A stretch of 63,127 nucleotides of DNA, the filler included, from Lenisia limosa (Eukaryota > Protista > Breviatea), in assembly GCA_001655205.1 (NCBI GenBank). It is 16 parts of 16 records of this genome, joined end to end, with 100 filler letters (N's around TTAATTAATTAA, not from the genome) between each part and the next. Parts side by side here need not be neighbours in the genome. Positions count along the whole stretch, not along the records: positions 59,674 to 61,783 come from LPNZ01007044.1; positions 61,884 to 63,127 come from LPNZ01006720.1; 14 more parts are not named here. The stretch is one strand, 5' to 3'. Each line of letters begins with the position of its first letter. Position 1 is the stretch's first letter. The translations under genes and the position numbers were made by a program. Below the pieces are notes generated by a model, which did not search any database, was not told the origin of the DNA, and was given only the letters and a program-made list of their open reading frames with translations. Positions 59,689 through 63,127 of the stretch are shown piece after piece.

Positions 59689-61713
59689 CCCCCCACACAG
59701 GCCCCTCCTATTTGGGCGAAAACGTTTCCCTGGCTGAAGTTGAAATGATGCTCCGTAAGGTTGCTAATGCGTTGCTGCTTGAAGCGAAGGTGGGGGCATA
59801 TCATGACGTAATACTGATACAAGCTGGTACAAGCCCTAAATTACTGCTGAATCCCAAACATTCTGCTTGTATCTCAGCCCTCGTAATAATGAGGTCCCCT
59901 TGTATTAATTGATTCAATATATTCCTCAACTCCCTTTATAATGGTTTAAACCGTGATTAGTACCACCTTCACGCCAACATTCTTCTCTTTGTTTTACTCC
60001 CCCTTAGGCTGCCAATGACAACAGCGAAAAGGAGGCTGCAGTGGTTTTCCATAGAGAAGTGAAAGGGATCGAACATACTCAGATGCTTACATTAGCTACA
60101 CATATGGCAGTTCAATTACATTAGCTACATTACTCACATCTGGCAGTTCAAGAAGACGAAGGCGCTGGTGGAGGAAATCGAGGGTATTCTAAAGAAGCAC
60201 CCCCATGCTCGAGCAAAGTTGGTTATGTTATATGATAGTCATTAGATAGTATACCTACGAACCCAAAAAAAAGACTGTATCTCTCGATAAATCCTCGATA
60301 AATATCGATATTTTACCGTCTTTTCAGACCGTAGGGAAGCCGTGTTCATACATATGATATGTAATCATACTTTATATTGTATCATACTAAGTCCCAACAC
60401 GATTGACTCAAGATAAATCTCATCGTCCGTTTCGAGACTTTTTGCGGTCAGTGTACATGCACATAAACTGTGATTGAGGGCACTTCCCTCTTAGTAAAGT
60501 TGTTTTCTGGATTGTGGAAGCGACTGGTCTCGGCTTTGTTTGTTTTGTTTTTATCAGCTTTCGTGTGTTTTCAACCAAGAGAGTTTATTTCGTTTCATAA
60601 TTTAACTCCCGCCTTACGGTTTAGCACGAAAGCTGCCGAAGTGAAACATGAAATTCCGCTTATCCTAAGGCATATTGCTGAAAACGAGGTCAAAATAACC
60701 CTTGTCAAGGCCAAGCATCTCAGGAACTGTGGGGTGAACATATTATGACTTAGCTTGATTGAACGTTTCATTGTCAATTTGGCTTTTTGATATTTCAACA
60801 ATCAGCATCACCACCACCCAACATGATATTAACAATAACCCACAGCACTTAATAAATGATATTAACCCCCGTACGCTGAAGTGATAGGATGCGGTGCTGT
60901 AGAAGCGACTGGCCTGGCCTTTGTTTGTTTTGTTGTTGTGTGCTGTCGGCCAACGGAGTTGATTTTGGGTTTTTTTGTTTTATAAATTGTCCGATTTTAC
61001 CCCCCCCCCCCCNNNNNNNNNNNNNNNNNNNNNNNNNNNNNNNNNNNNNNNNNNNNNNNNNNNNNNNNNNNNNNNNNNNNNNNNNNNNNNNNNNNNNNNN
61101 NNNNNNNNNNNNNNNNNNNNNNNNNACAGAGCCGCAAACTGGCGCCACCGCCACCTTCAAATCAGGCGACCAGGGTGGGTAACCGGGCGGTATTAGGGGG
61201 GGGGGGTAATTATACGGTTTTACTTCTGTTCGAAAATAGACTGATTTCTCGAGGAATCCACTGTAAATATCGATATTTTAGCAGGTCTTTCTGGGACTAC
61301 TGGGGGTACCTGTTGGGTGGTTGCATTATGCCCTGTCTTATTACCGCAGATATTAATGACGAAATCACGGTCAAGGCTGAGCGAAAGAAGAGCCTTGCCA
61401 GAGTGCTAGAGAAGAAGGTGGGATAAGAATAGAATTCAGAAAAATGATTATTCCCTGCGGTCCCGAAAAAGACTGAATATCTCGATAAATCCTCGATAAC
61501 AAGTCGGATATATCTCCGATCTTTTTTTGACCGTAGGGAAGGCCTAATTGTTAAAGATAAAAAAGCCCCATCAAATATCATATCACGCCCTAGGCTCTGA
61601 AGATCGAAATGATGAAACCTGGCGGATTCCTGCGGTCCGCGGCCGTAATGGCCACTGCGGAGGTCAAGCTCCTACCCTTGTTACGCCAAATGACACTCGA
61701 GGCCAACGCCGAC
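59689..61713 (+). CDS. CC2D1/Lgd-like protein, helical region and C2 domain (partial)
   Basis: ITVKAERKKSLARVLEKKALKIEMMKPGGFLRSAAVMATAEVKLLPL matches the CC2D1 C2 pattern F...I.R..R.F.R.IQ.KGIKFE..HKGG.F..D..LGTA..KL..L. Confidence 0.7.
60882..61012 (+). repeat. Family C copy at acceptor in CC2D1-like gene
   Basis: GATAGGATGCGGTGCTGTAGAAGCGACTGG...GCCAACGGAGTTGATTTTGGG...ATAAATTGTCCGATTTTACCCCCCCCCCCC, then N gap and exon. Confidence 0.75.
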
Positions 61714-61927
61714 GTAAGCTCTGGGAGGGGGGTGAGGGGGGGTTAGCCACTCAATAGCCCCAAATATATGGGTATACGTGGGGNNNNNNNNNNNNNNNNN
61801 NNNNNNNNNNNNNNNNNNNNNNNNNNNTTAATTAATTAANNNNNNNNNNNNNNNNNNNNNNNNNNNNNNNNNNNNNNNNNNNNGCTTTTTTGTTTCATAA
61901 ATTTTCGAAATTTACCCCCCCCCCCAG

Positions 61928-62012
61928 ATAGCCTCCATTTTCCAGACGTTTGCCCGAGGTCTTATGGGGCTTCATAGGAGGGCTGGTGTTGTGCATGGAC
62001 AACTTCAGCTTG
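61928..62012 (+). CDS. Single exon resembling kinase subdomain VIa/VIb (possible pseudokinase)
   Basis: IASIFQTFARGLMGLHRRAGVVHGQLQL: the LH..GVVH pattern is followed by GQLQ rather than RDLK. Confidence 0.35.
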
Positions 62013-63127
62013 GTGGGGGGGGGATTTAAATTGATAGTGTTGTACTATATCTCTTATGCGCGATGGTGTATATTTATAGTGTAAATGTAACTAATTATAA
62101 GATCATATACTACTACATATACGCAAACATATGTTTATAGTGACTATCGTAGACAATATTAATGCATGTGGAGATCTTATGTTATGCAGCTTGAATATAG
62201 TGAATGGGTCCAGTGAAACAATTAAAGCAGTGTCAATGCAGCCTGACATTGGAAGATCGAAAAAATAATTGCTGTCCAATTCCGGCCGTGCGGACAAGGG
62301 GTACATGATAGAAGCGAAGATAAGGAGGAAAGTAGCCACAATGGTGCTTAGCTGATTCTGAAAGTGTCAGTAATGACGTCATCAACAGTACTTCATTTGA
62401 ACCTGGATAACATCCGATTGCTAAGATAAATTGATTAAATCAGTCATGTTGACTATGGGGCTTCATAGGAGAGCCAACTGTAGCTTGGGGTGTAACAATA
62501 TAAATGTGTCTGAATAGTTTATGAACTTACAAAGACACTCTTGGCATACAACCGTAGAATAGAATGTGTTTTGAACAAAATTGTCCAATATTGAAATGAA
62601 CTGAACTGAGCTTGAATGACCTTCTAGATGATCTGGTTATGACAAGTGGGAGATGGGTTCTCATATCACCTGGTACTGCAACTAAGTCAGGAGGACTGGT
62701 ATGCTGGCTTTTTCTTTCGATTTCCTTCATATAAGTTTTCCAAATTAGTTTCACATTCAATACTGACTACATTCCACTTAGGCATCGATAAGAGTTCTGG
62801 GCTTGTTTCTCACTTCTCAGCTCACTCGGTCTCACATTAGTATAATCCAATATCTCTTATTAGCATTTTAAAGTTAGCGACATCGACCAGGCCGCCTATT
62901 TGTATGATATAAGTTCACATATCTACCGATGATATAATCTTGGGACAGGTTCTTTTCTTTTTTGTTTATGGTATCCTACGTGTTTATTTGTTTCCCTGGA
63001 TTCCTACAGCATCCTACCATTCCTATCGCTTTTTTTTTTTTTTTTGACGTTTTATTTGTTATTTCAACAGCAATTCGCATATCAACATATAATTCACATC
63101 TTCCAGCTCCCCCCTCTGCCAATTCTC

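Noticed and set aside
1-63127. Autonomous transposase, reverse transcriptase, tRNA, rRNA or snoRNA genes
   Set aside because: No DDE/RT motifs, long intronless ORFs or RNA-gene signatures were recognisable by eye; a covariance-model search could still find small RNAs.

Overview
Eukaryotic (protist, probably flagellated) genomic DNA, not prokaryotic. The window is a concatenation of 16 short contigs joined by an artificial N-TTAATTAATTAA-N spacer, with further N gaps mostly beside G or C homopolymers, so gene order across spacers is meaningless. It holds intron-dense GT-AG genes, many partial: AMPK/SNF1 alpha C-terminus, Sec61 alpha, a Bacteroidetes/Entamoeba-type (Lys-catalytic) phosphoglycerate dehydrogenase, an S10 carboxypeptidase, an AGC kinase, a monoglyceride-lipase-like hydrolase, a VIP1/PPIP5K kinase domain, a spastin/fidgetin-like AAA ATPase, an SK-like K+ channel tail, an Acinus-like RSB protein, a BTB/BACK-ankyrin protein, a tandem-HMA protein, UTP5/WDR43, AK7, a WD40 protein and a CC2D1/Lgd-like protein. 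The most striking feature is the intron content: at least five short repeat families. Three are MITE-like hairpin elements (A, B, F), one is a TIR-like motif (E), and a strand-polarised pair (C/D) forms the last 60-160 nt of many unrelated introns and ends at or just before the acceptor AG, suggesting an introner-like system that supplies 3' splice sites. All identifications come from reading motifs by eye; no database searches were run and exon boundaries are manual estimates.
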